Below are positions 17,501 to 32,837 of a stretch of DNA of 64,000 nt, piece by piece; position 1 is the stretch's first letter, and each line of letters starts with the position of its first letter. Origin of the DNA: Caldimonas sp. (GTDB lineage Bacteria; Pseudomonadota; Gammaproteobacteria; Burkholderiales; Burkholderiaceae_C); assembly GCF_046291045.1 (NCBI RefSeq), contig NZ_JBKBSL010000013.1, positions 9,701 to 73,700 on the forward strand. Direction: 5' to 3'. The notes under the pieces were generated by a model. It worked only from the letters and a program-made list of their open reading frames with translations, had not been told where the DNA came from and made no database searches. A program made the translations under genes and the position numbers.

Positions 17501-18355
17501 TCACTTGTCTTCAGGACAGGCCTGCCACGACGGCAGTCCAGCCTGGGCCCAGACCTTCAATGCATCCACGGTCGCGGCCACGTCATGCACACGCACGATG
17601 CGCGCGCCTTGCGCCACCGCAGCCAAGGCCGCGGCCACGCTGGCCGCCAGGCGATCGGCCACATCCCGCCCGGTGACGACACCGAGCGAGGACTTGCGGG
17701 ACCACCCCGCCAGCAGCGGATAGCCCGACGCGAGCAGCTCCTGCTGTCGCCGCAGCAGTTCGAAATTGTGCTCGACCGACTTGCCGAATCCGTAGCCCGG
17801 ATCGAGGACGATGCGCGCGGCGTCGACACCGCACTCATGCAAGATCCGCGCTCGCTCGGCCAGAAAGCGTCCGACCTCGGTCACCACGTCTCGATAGTGC
17901 GGCGCGGTCTGCATGGACTTCGGTTCACCTTGCATGTGCATCAAGCACACGCCGCAACGACGATGGGCCGCGATGATCTCGACGGCGCCAGGGTGCCGCA
18001 GCGCAAAGATGTCGTTGATGATGTCAGCCCCTGCATCCAGCGCGGCCTGCATGACTTCGGGCTTGTAGGTATCGACGGAGACAGGAACCCCCAGCCGTAC
18101 GGCCTCTCGCAGCACGGGGAGCACCCGATCAAGCTCCTCCTGCAATGGCAACGCATGGGCTCCCGGGCGACTCGACTCGCCGCCCAGATCCAGGATGTCC
18201 GCCCCCTGGCTCAACAGCCGCTCGCAATGGTCGAGCGCTGACCGGGTGCTTGCATGCCTGCCCCCATCGAAAAATGAATCGGGGGTGATGTTGACGATCC
18301 CCATCACCCGAGGACGGCTCAAGTCGATAGCGTAGCGCGAGGTCTGCCAATGCAT
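17501..18355 (-). CDS. folP: Dihydropteroate synthase
   Basis: [46 protein letters not shown]. Confidence 0.97.
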   Translation of the reverse strand: MHWQTSRYAIDLSRPRVMGIVNITPDSFFDGGRHASTRSALDHCERLLSQGADILDLGGESSRPGAHALPLQEELDRVLPVLREAVRLGVPVSVDTYKPEVMQAALDAGADIINDIFALRHPGAVEIIAAHRRCGVCLMHMQGEPKSMQTAPHYRDVVTEVGRFLAERARILHECGVDAARIVLDPGYGFGKSVEHNFELLRRQQELLASGYPLLAGWSRKSSLGVVTGRDVADRLAASVAAALAAVAQGARIVRVHDVAATVDALKVWAQAGLPSWQACPEDK

Positions 18356-18363
18356 GGGGTCTG

Positions 18364-18394
18364 GAAAAGAGACAACGGGGCCGAAGCCCCGTTG
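18364..18394 (-). terminator. Intrinsic terminator after ftsH
   Basis: CAACGGGGC-TTCG-GCCCCGTTG followed by TCTCTTTT on the minus strand. Confidence 0.8.
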
Positions 18395-18427
18395 GGTAGG
18401 AGTATCGAAAACCCGACTGGGTGACAG

Positions 18428-20338
<1,911 letters not shown>

Positions 20339-20525
20339 CGCGGCTCCTTCTCCGACACGAACAGCACAAATTGCCTGTTGACAAATCAACCTTGGGTCAT
20401 TCTAGTCGAGGCGGGCAGCACGCCCTTTCTCATGTGACCCCGTTTATGACCCGAGTTTGACGCATGGGGCGCATCGGCGCGAGACCTTACACGCTATCGC
20501 CGAGATAGCGTTCAGGACAGCGCCG

Positions 20526-21209
20526 TTACGGCCGCTTCACTTGCTTGAGACCCACACCCACCAGGAAGGTTTCGGCCGACTTGTCGCGCGAGGCCTTGGG
20601 CTTGATCGGCTTGACGACACGGAAGTGCCGCTTGAAAAGCTCGACAAGCTGGCTGTAGCCGCTGCCGTGGAAAACCTTGCAGACGAGCGCACCACTTTGG
20701 TGCAGATGCGCGCAAGCGAACTCCACGGCCAATTCGACCAAGTGGGCGATGCGCGCTGCGTCTGACGATGCAATGCCCGACAGATTGGGCGCCATGTCGG
20801 AGATCACGACATCCACCGGCCGGCCAGCCACGGCCGATTCGAGCTCGGCCAGGACGGCTTCCTCGCGGAAATCGCCGCGGATGAAGCGCACCCCCTCGAT
20901 GGGCTCCATCTCGAGGAGATCCAGTGCAATGATCTGCCCGTCGAGCGCGCCGGCGGCGGCGCCCCCACCGACAGCATCCCGGGGCGCGAAACGCCGGCGC
21001 ACGTACTGACTCCAGGCCCCTGGTGCCGCCCCCAGGTCGACCACGAGCTGGCCCGGCCGGATCAGGCCCAGGGTTTCGTCGATCTCCTTGAGCTTGTAGG
21101 CGGCGCGCGAGCGGTAGCCCTCCTTCTGGGCCAGCTTCACATAGGGATCGGTGAGGTGGTCGTGCAGCCACGCCCGGTTGACTTTCTTGCTCTTGGTCTT
21201 GATTTTCAT
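20526..21209 (-). CDS. rlmE: 23S rRNA (U2552) 2'-O-methyltransferase
   Basis: [32 protein letters not shown]. Confidence 0.96.
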   Translation of the reverse strand: MKIKTKSKKVNRAWLHDHLTDPYVKLAQKEGYRSRAAYKLKEIDETLGLIRPGQLVVDLGAAPGAWSQYVRRRFAPRDAVGGGAAAGALDGQIIALDLLEMEPIEGVRFIRGDFREEAVLAELESAVAGRPVDVVISDMAPNLSGIASSDAARIAHLVELAVEFACAHLHQSGALVCKVFHGSGYSQLVELFKRHFRVVKPIKPKASRDKSAETFLVGVGLKQVKRP

Positions 21210-21229
21210 GACCCGACGATAATAGGCGG
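21210..21229. promoter_or_regulatory. Overlapping divergent -10 elements in the 20-bp rlmE/yhbY gap
   Basis: Plus GATAAT 21218-21223 lies 6 nt before the yhbY ATG; minus TATTAT 21219-21224 lies 9 nt before the rlmE ATG. Confidence 0.55.
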
Positions 21230-21706
21230 ATGCCTGCGATCACACTCTCTGCGGCCCAGCGCAAGGAAAAGCGCTCCGAGGCCCATCATCTCGACCCCGT
21301 CGTCCTGATCGGCGCCGAGGGTCTCACCGAGGCGGTCCTGAAGGAGACCGACGCCGCCCTCAAGGCCCACGGCCTGATCAAGGTGCGCGTCTTCTCCGAT
21401 GACCGCCACGCCCGCGAGGACATGCTCGCCCAGCTCAGCGACCGGTTGGGGGCCGCGCCCGTCCAGCACATCGGCAAGCTGCTGGTGCTGTGGCGCCCGA
21501 TCCCGCCCAAGGAGAAACCAGCGAACGAAGACCGCAAGCCCGGCCCCAAGGTGGTCAAAGTGATCAAATACTCCAAGCGAGGAGGGCAGCGCCCCGAGGT
21601 GAAGAAGGTCACCGTGCTGGGCAACCAGCGCCTGACGAAGGGGGGCACGGTCAAGCGCGCCAAGGAGCGCTCCGTGAGCCGCAAGAAACGCGCTCTCGAG
21701 TCCTGA
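21230..21706 (+). CDS. yhbY: Ribosome assembly RNA-binding protein YhbY (CRM domain) with basic tail
   Basis: [31 protein letters not shown]; divergent from rlmE. Confidence 0.92.
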   Translation: MPAITLSAAQRKEKRSEAHHLDPVVLIGAEGLTEAVLKETDAALKAHGLIKVRVFSDDRHAREDMLAQLSDRLGAAPVQHIGKLLVLWRPIPPKEKPANEDRKPGPKVVKVIKYSKRGGQRPEVKKVTVLGNQRLTKGGTVKRAKERSVSRKKRALES

Positions 21707-21723
21707 GCTTTCTCTGCGGCCCC

Positions 21724-22158
21724 TCAATGGCGCGCCACTGGCGCCGTGGCGCGCCACGCCAGGGTCAGCAGCACGAGCCCCTTGAGCGCGAAGAAGGCCA
21801 ACGACACCCCGTGGAGGGTGGCGAACGACCAGGCCCCCTGCCCCGCCCGCGCCGCCTCCATCATCGGCTGCACCGCAAAGTAGCCGGCCACGGTGCAGAA
21901 CAGAGCCCCCAGCGCCAGCCCCAGCTCCAGGCTGAAACGCACACCGCCCTGCTGCACGGTCTGCCGGCGCGCCAGCAAAATCATCAGCACCGCCAACGCC
22001 AGACTGACGTAGGCCTCGATGGCGAACACGCGGGCCACGAAGCGCCCCGCCTGGGCCCGTTCGAGCACAGCGAATGCCGAGGGCGCGGCCACAGTGCCGA
22101 TCACCAGCACCCCTCCGGCCCACACGCCGGCCACCCAAGCCATCCACCGCCGCGGCAT
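21724..22158 (-). CDS. DUF4149-type membrane protein
   Basis: Four hydrophobic segments, APSAFAVL..AQAGRFVARVF, FATLHGVS; usual neighbour of greA in Burkholderiales. Confidence 0.75.
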   Translation of the reverse strand: MPRRWMAWVAGVWAGGVLVIGTVAAPSAFAVLERAQAGRFVARVFAIEAYVSLALAVLMILLARRQTVQQGGVRFSLELGLALGALFCTVAGYFAVQPMMEAARAGQGAWSFATLHGVSLAFFALKGLVLLTLAWRATAPVARH

Positions 22159-22172
22159 CGCAAGCCCCCCGC

Positions 22173-22649
22173 TCAGATGTAGCGGACCTCGACGATCTCG
22201 TAGCGCTTGATGCCGCCCGGGGCCTGCACTTCGGCGACGTCGCCCGCTTCTTTGCCGATCAACGCGCGCGCGATGGGCGAGCTGATCGAGATCAGGCCTT
22301 GCTTGAGGTCCGCCTCGTCGTCGCCGACGATCTGGTAGGTCACGGCATCGCCGGACTCCTCCTCCTCGAGATCGACCGTCGAGCCGAAGACCACCCGCCC
22401 CCCTGCATCGAGGGCGGCCGGATCGATGATCTGGGCCACGGCCAGCTTGCCTTCGATCTCCTGAATACGGCCTTCGATGAAGCCCTGCTTGTCCTTGGCC
22501 GCGTCATATTCGGCGTTCTCGGACAGATCGCCTTGCGCGCGGGCCTCCGCGATCGCATTGATCACAGCCGGGCGTTCCACGGATTTCAGGCGCGCGAGCT
22601 CGGCCTTGAGCTTCTCGGCGCCACGCTTGGTCAGCGGAATGGTGGCCAT
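22173..22649 (-). CDS. greA: Transcription elongation factor GreA
   Basis: [26 protein letters not shown]. Confidence 0.98.
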   Translation of the reverse strand: MATIPLTKRGAEKLKAELARLKSVERPAVINAIAEARAQGDLSENAEYDAAKDKQGFIEGRIQEIEGKLAVAQIIDPAALDAGGRVVFGSTVDLEEEESGDAVTYQIVGDDEADLKQGLISISSPIARALIGKEAGDVAEVQAPGGIKRYEIVEVRYI

Positions 22650-22722
22650 AAGTTCTTCTCTCTCACATCGTCATCGCGTCGTGTCAGCCGGTGACCGTCC
22701 GGCGACAGAACGCAGGTCAGCC

Positions 22723-22768
22723 AAAAATCAGCCGCCGCCGGGTCCTGCGCGGGACGGTCGGCGGCGGC
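22723..22768 (-). terminator. Intrinsic terminator between carB and greA
   Basis: Stem GCCGCCGCCG (22731-22740 / 22759-22768) followed by TGATTTTT on the minus strand. Confidence 0.7.
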
Positions 22769-22788
22769 CTAGGGTTCAGAAATGGAAA

Positions 22789-26035
<3,247 letters not shown>

Positions 26036-26043
<8 letters not shown>

Positions 26044-27193
26044 TCTTGTTCTCCATCAGCGACACAAACCGGTCGAAAAGATAGCCGATGTCATGGGGTC
26101 CGGGAGAGGCTTCAGGGTGCCCCTGGAAGCAGAAGGCGGGCCGGTCGGTGCGGGCCAGGCCCTGCAGCGTGCCGTCGAAGAGGCTCACATGCGTGGCGCG
26201 CAGATTCGCTGGCAGCGTTTTGTCGTCCACGGCAAAGCCGTGGTTCTGGCTCGTGATGCTCACGCGCCCGCTGTCCAGATCCTTCACGGGATGGTTCGCC
26301 CCATGGTGGCCGAACTTCATCTTGAAGGTGCGCGCCCCCGAGGCCAGCGCCATGATCTGATGCCCCAGACAGATTCCAAAGGTGGGGACGCCCGTGTCGA
26401 TCAGCTCGCGCGCGGCCGCGATCGCGTAATCACAGGGCTGCGGGTCGCCAGGGCCGTTGGACAGGAAGATGCCGTCCGGCCTCAAGGCCAGCGCCTCGCC
26501 AGCCGGAGTGCGTGCTGGAACCACTGTGACCTTGCAGCCTCGCTCGGCCAGCATGCGCAAGATGTTGTACTTCACGCCGAAGTCGTAGGCCACCACGTGC
26601 AAGCGCGGTGCGACTTGCATGCCGTAGCCCCTGCCCAGGCGCCATTCGGTCTGCGTCCAGTCGTAGCTGCGGGTCGTGCTGACCACCTGGGCCAGGTCCA
26701 GACCCGCCATGCTGGGGGCCGCCTGCGCCTTGGCAATGGCCTCGTCCACATGGGCCTGCGTGAGGGTCTGCCCAGCCGGCAGGGCCAGGATGCAGCCGTT
26801 CTGGGCGCCGGTGGTGCGCAGGATGCGGGTGAGCCGCCGCGTGTCGATGTCGGCGATGGCCACCGTGCCTTCGTCGGCCAGGTACTGCGACAGCGTGCGA
26901 GTCTTGCGGAAGTTCGACTCCAGAACCGGCAGGTCCTTGATGATCAGGCCGGCGGCATGGACTTTCGACGCCTCGACGTCCTCGTCGTTGACCCCCACGT
27001 TGCCGATGTGCGGATACGTCAGGGTGACGATCTGCCGACAGTAGCTGGGATCGGTGAGGATTTCTTGGTAGCCGGTGAGCGCGGTGTTGAACACCACTTC
27101 ACCGACCGTGTGACCGGCCGAGCCGATCGAGGTGCCACGAAAGACCGTGCCGTCTGCGAGTGCTAAGAGAGCTTGGGGCAGTTGCGGCAGCAC
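26036..27193 (-). CDS. carA: Carbamoyl-phosphate synthase small subunit
   Basis: [40 protein letters not shown]. Confidence 0.98.
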
Positions 27194-27293
27194 GGGGTTC
27201 TCCGGTGTTGTGCGCGCCCAGCGCTGCCCGTCCAGCAGGCGTCCGGTGAGGAAACGGCAGGAGGTTTCGCGAGGGCGGGGGGTGGTTGCAGGT

Positions 27294-27309
27294 AAACCTG
27301 TCGATTATA
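27294..27309 (-). promoter_or_regulatory. carA promoter: -10 TATAAT, predicted start G followed by TTT
   Basis: Minus strand reads TATAAT-CGACAG-GTTTAC; G at 27297 is the 7th base after the -10. Confidence 0.65.
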
Positions 27310-27348
27310 GCCTGCCCGCCCCTCTCCCACACCGCCCCGGGGGCGTTG

Positions 27349-27693
27349 CTATTGCAGGGTGGACGGCGCCTTCATCCAGGGCAGCCGTCGCTCGCCAGCG
27401 GCCTGGGTCACCGGCCCTGCCCCGCGCCGCGCATCGGCCTCGCAGCGCCCCTGCCAGCGCTGGCACAAGCCCCACAGCACCGCTTTGAAATTCGGGTTGA
27501 GCAAGGGGTGCTCGCACAATGCCGCCAGGTTGTCGCTGATCTTGCGCGCCAGCAACGGCCGGTGTTCCGGACAGGCCGCCGGATCGGCGTAGCCGGTCAT
27601 CAAGGCCAGGCTGGCGGCCAGCAGCCCTTCGGCGCAGGGCAGCTCGTGCTCCTCGTCCTGTACGGGCAGAATGCTCGGGGCATCGGGCTTCAT
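27349..27693 (-). CDS. Small hypothetical protein divergent from bfr, probably Fur-controlled
   Basis: ATG 27693 with GGAG SD; ELPCAEGLLAASLALMTGYA...KISDNL...PLLNPNF; Fur-like box 32 bp upstream. Confidence 0.65.
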   Translation of the reverse strand: MKPDAPSILPVQDEEHELPCAEGLLAASLALMTGYADPAACPEHRPLLARKISDNLAALCEHPLLNPNFKAVLWGLCQRWQGRCEADARRGAGPVTQAAGERRLPWMKAPSTLQ

Positions 27694-27724
27694 GCGGTCT
27701 CCGGTGAGGTAATGCTCGCATATT

Positions 27725-27743
27725 AATGCGAACGATTCTCGTT
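27725..27743. promoter_or_regulatory. Fur box
   Basis: AATGCGAAC-G-ATTCTCGTT vs 9-1-9 AATGAGAAT-N-ATTCTCATT (15/18); AATGCGAACG repeats at 27773-27782. Confidence 0.7.
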
Positions 27744-27919
27744 TGCAAATCAAACCCCGGCCTCTGGATGAGAATGCGAACGCTTGTGGCACGCACAAGC
27801 AGCTCGAATGCGAGATGAGGGGCATCGCGCAGGATTTGGGACGCCCCCGCGATGGCTTCACAATGGGAGGATCCGCTTCGCATTGGACCCACGATCCACA
27901 ACAACAGGAGTGCCCCCCC

Positions 27920-28396
27920 ATGAAAGGTGATGCCAAAGTCATCGAGTTCCTCAATGCGCAGCTCAAGAACGAGCTGACGGCCATCAACCAGTACTTCCTG
28001 CACTACCGCGTGCTCAAGCACTGGGGCCTGGACAGGCTGGCCAAGAAGGAATACGAGGAATCGATCGGTGAGATGAAGCACGCCGATCGCTTGATGGACC
28101 GCATTCTCATGCTCGACGGTCTGCCCAACCTTCAGGACCTGGGCAAGCTGCTCGTGGGGGAGGACGTCGTGGAGATCTTGCACTGCGATCTGAAGCTCGA
28201 ACAGGCTGCGCAAGGCACGATCAAGGACGCCATCGCTCACTGCGAGACAGTGCGCGACTATGTCTCGCGCGATCTGTTACAGGACATTCTGGACGACACC
28301 GAGGAACACATCGACTTCCTCGAAACCCAGATCGAGCTGGTCGACAAGGTGGGACTGCAGAACTACCTGCAGTCCCAGATGGGCGAAACGTCCTGA
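27920..28396 (+). CDS. bfr: Bacterioferritin
   Basis: [29 protein letters not shown] (heme Met), [10 protein letters not shown]; SD AGGAG. Confidence 0.98.
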   Translation: MKGDAKVIEFLNAQLKNELTAINQYFLHYRVLKHWGLDRLAKKEYEESIGEMKHADRLMDRILMLDGLPNLQDLGKLLVGEDVVEILHCDLKLEQAAQGTIKDAIAHCETVRDYVSRDLLQDILDDTEEHIDFLETQIELVDKVGLQNYLQSQMGETS

Positions 28397-28397
28397 A

Positions 28398-29126
28398 TCA
28401 CGGACGGCGGCGCCGCACAGGCCACAGCCGGCCGGTGCGTGACATGTAAGTGCGGTACTCGTCGCCGAAGGCCTCGAGCATCAGCGCCTCCTCTCGGCCC
28501 ACGCGCAGCAGGTACAGCGCGGCGAAGGCCGCCACCCCGAAAGCCCCGGCCAGCCAGTTGTGCACGAGCAGGGGCTGGGCCAGGGCGAACAGCCAGATCG
28601 AGGCATACATGGGGTGGCGCACTCGGGCGTACACCCCTTGCGTGACCAGCCGGTGCTCCTGGTGCACTTCCAGCGAGGGCGACCAATGCCGGCCCAGGTC
28701 AGCGTGCGCCCGACGGAAATAGAGCAGCGAGGCCCCCATCATGACCGCACCTACCCACGGCGCCCAGGCCGGCAACCCATAGTTCAGCGCATCGAACCAC
28801 GGCGTGGCCAACGCCAACATCGGCAAACACAGCAGCCCGAGGAACACGAGGAACATCAGCCACTGCTCGCGCCGGTCCACCCGCTGTATCCGCACCTGGT
28901 TGGCCCGGTTGACCTGTACGTGCGGCCAGCGGATGGCCGCCTGGGCCAATGCTGCCACGGCCCAGGCCAGCTCGTGCCAGCGCCAGTCCGCGCCGCGCCG
29001 CCAGAAATAGGCCACGATGACCAGCACGAACAGAATCACGGGAAACCAAAATCTCAGGCGAGCCCCATACACCCCCGAGGTCGCATTCGCCCGGTGCCGC
29101 GCCGAGGCCGCCTCGATAGGCCTCAT
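28398..29126 (-). CDS. Isoprenylcysteine carboxylmethyltransferase (ICMT/PEMT) family membrane protein
   Basis: HADLGRHWSPSL, LVTQGVYARVRHPMYAS, EEALMLEAFGDEYRTY; start uncertain. Confidence 0.88.
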   Translation of the reverse strand: MRPIEAASARHRANATSGVYGARLRFWFPVILFVLVIVAYFWRRGADWRWHELAWAVAALAQAAIRWPHVQVNRANQVRIQRVDRREQWLMFLVFLGLLCLPMLALATPWFDALNYGLPAWAPWVGAVMMGASLLYFRRAHADLGRHWSPSLEVHQEHRLVTQGVYARVRHPMYASIWLFALAQPLLVHNWLAGAFGVAAFAALYLLRVGREEALMLEAFGDEYRTYMSRTGRLWPVRRRRP

Positions 29127-29383
29127 GGACGCCCCACCGGCGCCTCGGGACCGAGGAAACATCGACGAAGGAGGAGCGAGTCGGTGGGCTGAGGGAACGA
29201 GCACATGGCACTGGCTGGCGGGTCAGGATGCAACACCCCCTGGTGCGCATCGCACCTGCGCAGTATCGCGGCACAGCCGCGACCATCACCTCCCCCAGAA
29301 GGGGGGCCGGGGCGCTGGATTCGCAACGAAATGAAAAGTCGCCAGCGAGCGACCTCAAGCCCCTGGTGCCAACATCGTCTTGT

Positions 29384-29402
29384 AGTGCGAATCATTCTTA
29401 TT
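29384..29402. promoter_or_regulatory. Fur box upstream of bfd-hemP
   Basis: AGTGCGAAT-C-ATTCTTATT (15/18 to the 9-1-9 palindrome), in an AT-rich promoter patch. Confidence 0.75.
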
Positions 29403-29439
29403 TATACTGAGACCCGTTCCAACCAAACCGAGGACTGCG

Positions 29440-29658
29440 ATGATCGTCTGTGTGTGCCGACGGGTTTCCGACCGCGACATCCAGCACGCGGCACATCGTG
29501 GCTGCGGATCCTTTGAGGATCTGCAGATGGAACTCGGCGTGGCCACCTGCTGCGGCCGCTGCGCCGACTGTGCCCGCTCGGTGCTGCTCGCCGCCCAGTC
29601 TCGTCCCGCCCAAGGGGCTGGTGCCTCGGCGATGGCGCCCGCCCTGGCCCTGGCGTGA
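29440..29658 (+). CDS. bfd: Bacterioferritin-associated [2Fe-2S] ferredoxin
   Basis: MIVCVC...VATCCGRC motif. Confidence 0.95.
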   Translation: MIVCVCRRVSDRDIQHAAHRGCGSFEDLQMELGVATCCGRCADCARSVLLAAQSRPAQGAGASAMAPALALA

Positions 29659-29670
29659 GCCCTGCACCCC

Positions 29671-29733
29671 ATGGACTGGTTGCTCAGCCTTCTCGTCGTG
29701 GCCGCGGCCGCCTGGTGGGCTCTCTCGTGCTGA
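29671..29733 (+). CDS. Candidate 20-aa hydrophobic small protein
   Basis: MDWLLSLLVVAAAAWWALSC*; GC3-rich codons; no SD; below the ORF-track cutoff. Confidence 0.3.
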   Translation: MDWLLSLLVVAAAAWWALSC

Positions 29734-29796
29734 GCCCTTGCCCGTTCAATCCGCTTCGCCCTACAGGATCGCCAGACAAGCGCAAAGGCCTGTGAG

Positions 29797-29997
29797 ATGA
29801 AACCGACCCTGAGCCTGCCTCGTTCTTCGCCTGCACGCGTGCCCGCCCCGTCCCGGGATCCCGAGGCCGCGGGCCAGGAAATCACTCTGCCCAGCAGCCG
29901 CCTGCTCCAGGGGCGCAAGTCGGTCCAGATCGAGCACAACGGCGCGCTCTACCAACTGCGTGCCACCAAGTTCGGCAAACTCATCCTGACCAAGTAG
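29797..29997 (+). CDS. hemP: Hemin uptake protein HemP/HmuP
   Basis: LLQGRKSVQIEHNGALYQLRATKFGKLILTK signature. Confidence 0.93.
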   Translation: MKPTLSLPRSSPARVPAPSRDPEAAGQEITLPSSRLLQGRKSVQIEHNGALYQLRATKFGKLILTK

Positions 29998-30010
29998 CTG
30001 ATGAGCCCGT

Positions 30011-30052
30011 CCTTGGCCGGGGGCCAGGGGCTTCGTCCCCCCCAGGCCAAGG
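30011..30052. terminator. GC-rich hairpin between convergent hemP and glcG-like gene
   Basis: CCTTGGCC...GGCCAAGG outer stem with inner G/C runs; no clear U tract. Confidence 0.4.
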
Positions 30053-30100
30053 CATGCGCCGGCTCAGCGATGACCGGCTTGGTCTGTCAGACGCTCCTTG

Positions 30101-30508
30101 TCAGCCCACGAGGGCGGCGATGCCGGCCCGGGCCACCTGGGCGTCCTCGATGGACTTCACGCCGCTCACCCCCACAGCCCCGACGCACTGCCCTTCCACC
30201 ATGATGGGCACGCCCCCCTCGAGCAGACCGTGCAGGGTGGGGGCGCTCAGGAACGAGGTGCGCCCCTGGTTGATGATGTCCTCGTACACCTTGCTCTCGC
30301 GCCGTCCCAGCGCGGCCGTGTGGGCCTTGGCCGGTGCGATGTGAGCCGAGATCGGCGCCGCGCCGTCCAGGCGCTGCAGCCACAGCAGGTGTCCGCCGTC
30401 GTCCACGATGGCGATCGACACCGCCCACTGGTGGGCCAGCGCCTCGGCCTCGGCGGCCTGGGCAATCTTCTTCACGTCCTCGAGCGTCAGTTGGTACTTC
30501 TTTTGCAT
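30101..30508 (-). CDS. GlcG/HbpS family heme-binding protein (DUF336)
   Basis: VSIAIVDDGGHLL..QRLDGA, AKAHTAALGRR, GGVPIMVEGQCVGAVGVSG. Confidence 0.9.
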   Translation of the reverse strand: MQKKYQLTLEDVKKIAQAAEAEALAHQWAVSIAIVDDGGHLLWLQRLDGAAPISAHIAPAKAHTAALGRRESKVYEDIINQGRTSFLSAPTLHGLLEGGVPIMVEGQCVGAVGVSGVKSIEDAQVARAGIAALVG

Positions 30509-30680
30509 AGATGGTCCTTGTGGAAATCGGTCCGGCGGTCCCCGACCGCCCAGGCACGAGCCTACCCCAGAGTCGGGGCCGCTCCCAGCAGGGAACTCGG
30601 ATCGTCCGGACCGATCCCAAGGCAGGGCGCACCCCGCAAGGCGCCACGTGACCATCCTGGACGCACAGAGGAGCTGATCG

Positions 30681-31373
30681 ATGAACGAAAGCCTGCATGC
30701 CGCCTACACCGGCTCGACCGTCCTGGTCGAACAGCGCAACCGCGTGTTGCGCAACACCTATTGGCTGCTTGCGCTGTCGATGGTCCCCACGGTGCTGGGG
30801 GCATGGATCGGCGTGGCAACCGGTTTCAGCTTCTTCGCCGGCAGCCCTTTCATCGGCTTGCTGGTCTTCCTGGCCGTGGCCTTCGGCTTCTTCTTTGCGA
30901 TCGAGAAGTTCAAGAATTCCGGCGTAGGTGTGGCCCTGCTACTAGGCTTCACCTTCTTCATGGGCCTGATGCTGTCACGCCTGATCGGTGCGGTGCTGGG
31001 CATGTCCAACGGGGCCCAGTTGATCATGACCGCCTTTGGCGGCACTGCCCTGGTGTTCTTCGGCATGGCGAGCCTGGCCACGACGATCAAGCGCGACCTG
31101 TCGGGCATGGGCAAGTGGCTGATGGTTGGGCTGGTCCTGCTCATCGTGGCGAGCGTGGCCAACATCTGGCTGCAGATGCCTGCGCTGATGCTCACGATCT
31201 CGTCGATCGCGGTGCTGCTGTTCTCGGCCTATCTGCTCTATGACATCAAGCGCATCGTCGATGGCGGCGAAACCAACTATGTGACGGCCACGCTGTCCAT
31301 CTACATCAACGTCTACATGGTGTTCCAGAACCTGCTGGCCCTGCTGGGCGTTCTGGGGGGCGAACGCGAGTAA
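30681..31373 (+). CDS. yccA: Bax inhibitor-1/YccA family membrane protein
   Basis: RNRVLRNTYWLL, seven hydrophobic segments, GGETNYVTATLSIY...FQNLL. Confidence 0.92.
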   Translation: MNESLHAAYTGSTVLVEQRNRVLRNTYWLLALSMVPTVLGAWIGVATGFSFFAGSPFIGLLVFLAVAFGFFFAIEKFKNSGVGVALLLGFTFFMGLMLSRLIGAVLGMSNGAQLIMTAFGGTALVFFGMASLATTIKRDLSGMGKWLMVGLVLLIVASVANIWLQMPALMLTISSIAVLLFSAYLLYDIKRIVDGGETNYVTATLSIYINVYMVFQNLLALLGVLGGERE

Positions 31374-31441
31374 GCCACCACCCACCGCCCTCATGCGGCG
31401 CGGTAGATGGTGCCTGCGCCCGCTTGTGCGTTTAGGGGCGG

Positions 31442-32797
31442 TCAATCCCTCTCGAACACCGCCAGGCTCTCGACGTGGGCGGTGTGGGGGAACATGTTGA
31501 CCACGCCAGCGCTGGTGCAGCGGTAGCCGGCTTGATGCACCAGCAGCCCGGCGTCGCGCGACAGCGTCGCGGGGTTGCACGAGACGTACACGATGCGCCG
31601 GGGAGGCTGGAAGCCGGGCGCCGTCTCCGGACGCTGGTGCCAATCGGCCAGGGCCTTGCTCAGCGCAAACGCGCCTTCGCGCGGCGGGTCGACCAGCCAT
31701 TTCTGTGCCGACCCGTAGCGCAGGAGATCGGCCACTTCGAGTTCGAACAGGTTGCGCGCCTCGAAGCGGACACGCCCGTCCAGCCCATTGTGAGCCGCAT
31801 TCTCGCGCGAGCGCTGCACCAGGGTTTCGCTGCCTTCGATGCCGAGCACCTCGCTGGCATGACGAGCCAGCGGCAGCGTGAAATTGCCCAGGCCACAAAA
31901 CCAGTCGATGACCCGCTCATGCGGTTGGACATCCAGCAGGCGCACCGCCCGGCCCACGAGCACGCGGTTGATGTGGTGGTTGACCTGGGTGAAGTCGGTG
32001 GGCCGGAAGGGCATCTCCACACCGAACTCGGGCAGCCGGTAGGCCAAGGGTGTGTCGGCCGGATCCAGCAGATGGACACTGTCAGGCCCCTTGGGTTGCA
32101 GCCACCACTGAACGCCGTGCACGCGTGCGAAGTCCCGCAGCCGGGACAGATCATGCTCGTCAAGGGACTCCAGGTGGCGCAGCACCAGCGCGGTCACGGT
32201 GTGCTGGGCCGCATCGCCCACGGCGACCTCGATCTGCGGCAGACGGTCGCGGGCATGCATCCCGGCGATCAGTTCGCGCAGCGGGATCAGCAGGGCGCTG
32301 ACGTGCGGCGGAAGAATCTCGCACTGGCGCATGTCGGCCACGTAGCTGGACTTGCGCTCATGGAAGCCTACGAGCACCCCCCCTTTCTTGGGTACATGGC
32401 GCACCGACAGGCGGGCACGGTAGCGGTAGCCCCAGGTGGGCCCCTCGATCGGCCGCAGCACCTGCTGCGGCCGCACTTTGCCCAGGTGCCACAGGTTGTC
32501 CTCCAGCACCCGCTGCTTGACGGCCACCTGGGCCGCCACGTGGAAGTGCTGCATCTTGCAGCCTCCGCAGATGCCGAAATGAGGGCAGCGCGGCGTCACG
32601 CGCTGGGAACTTTGGCGGCGCCAGGCCGTGACGATGGCCTGCTCCCATTGGTTCTTGCGGCGCAGGACCTTGACCTGCACCTCCTCCCCGGGCAAGGCGC
32701 CTTCGACGAACACCACCTTGCCTTGCGCATCGTGCGCCACGCCCTGCGCCTCCAGATCAAGCGACTCGATGCGCAGCCATTCATTGACTTCACTCAT
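31442..32797 (-). CDS. rlmD: 23S rRNA (U1939) C5-methyltransferase
   Basis: TRAM N-terminus, [10 protein letters not shown] Fe-S motif, [35 protein letters not shown]. Confidence 0.96.
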   Translation of the reverse strand: MSEVNEWLRIESLDLEAQGVAHDAQGKVVFVEGALPGEEVQVKVLRRKNQWEQAIVTAWRRQSSQRVTPRCPHFGICGGCKMQHFHVAAQVAVKQRVLEDNLWHLGKVRPQQVLRPIEGPTWGYRYRARLSVRHVPKKGGVLVGFHERKSSYVADMRQCEILPPHVSALLIPLRELIAGMHARDRLPQIEVAVGDAAQHTVTALVLRHLESLDEHDLSRLRDFARVHGVQWWLQPKGPDSVHLLDPADTPLAYRLPEFGVEMPFRPTDFTQVNHHINRVLVGRAVRLLDVQPHERVIDWFCGLGNFTLPLARHASEVLGIEGSETLVQRSRENAAHNGLDGRVRFEARNLFELEVADLLRYGSAQKWLVDPPREGAFALSKALADWHQRPETAPGFQPPRRIVYVSCNPATLSRDAGLLVHQAGYRCTSAGVVNMFPHTAHVESLAVFERD

Positions 32798-32837
32798 GGC
32801 CCGGATTATCCCGCGGCCGCGACCCGGGGCCAGGCCG

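Noticed and set aside
20464-20511. CCCCAT (sigma32 -10) and a hairpin upstream of ftsH
   Set aside because: No properly spaced CTTGAA -35; the hairpin at 20491-20511 lacks a U tract.
27787-27802. TGGCAC as a sigma54 -24 element upstream of bfr
   Set aside because: The -12 position reads AGCA, not TTGC.
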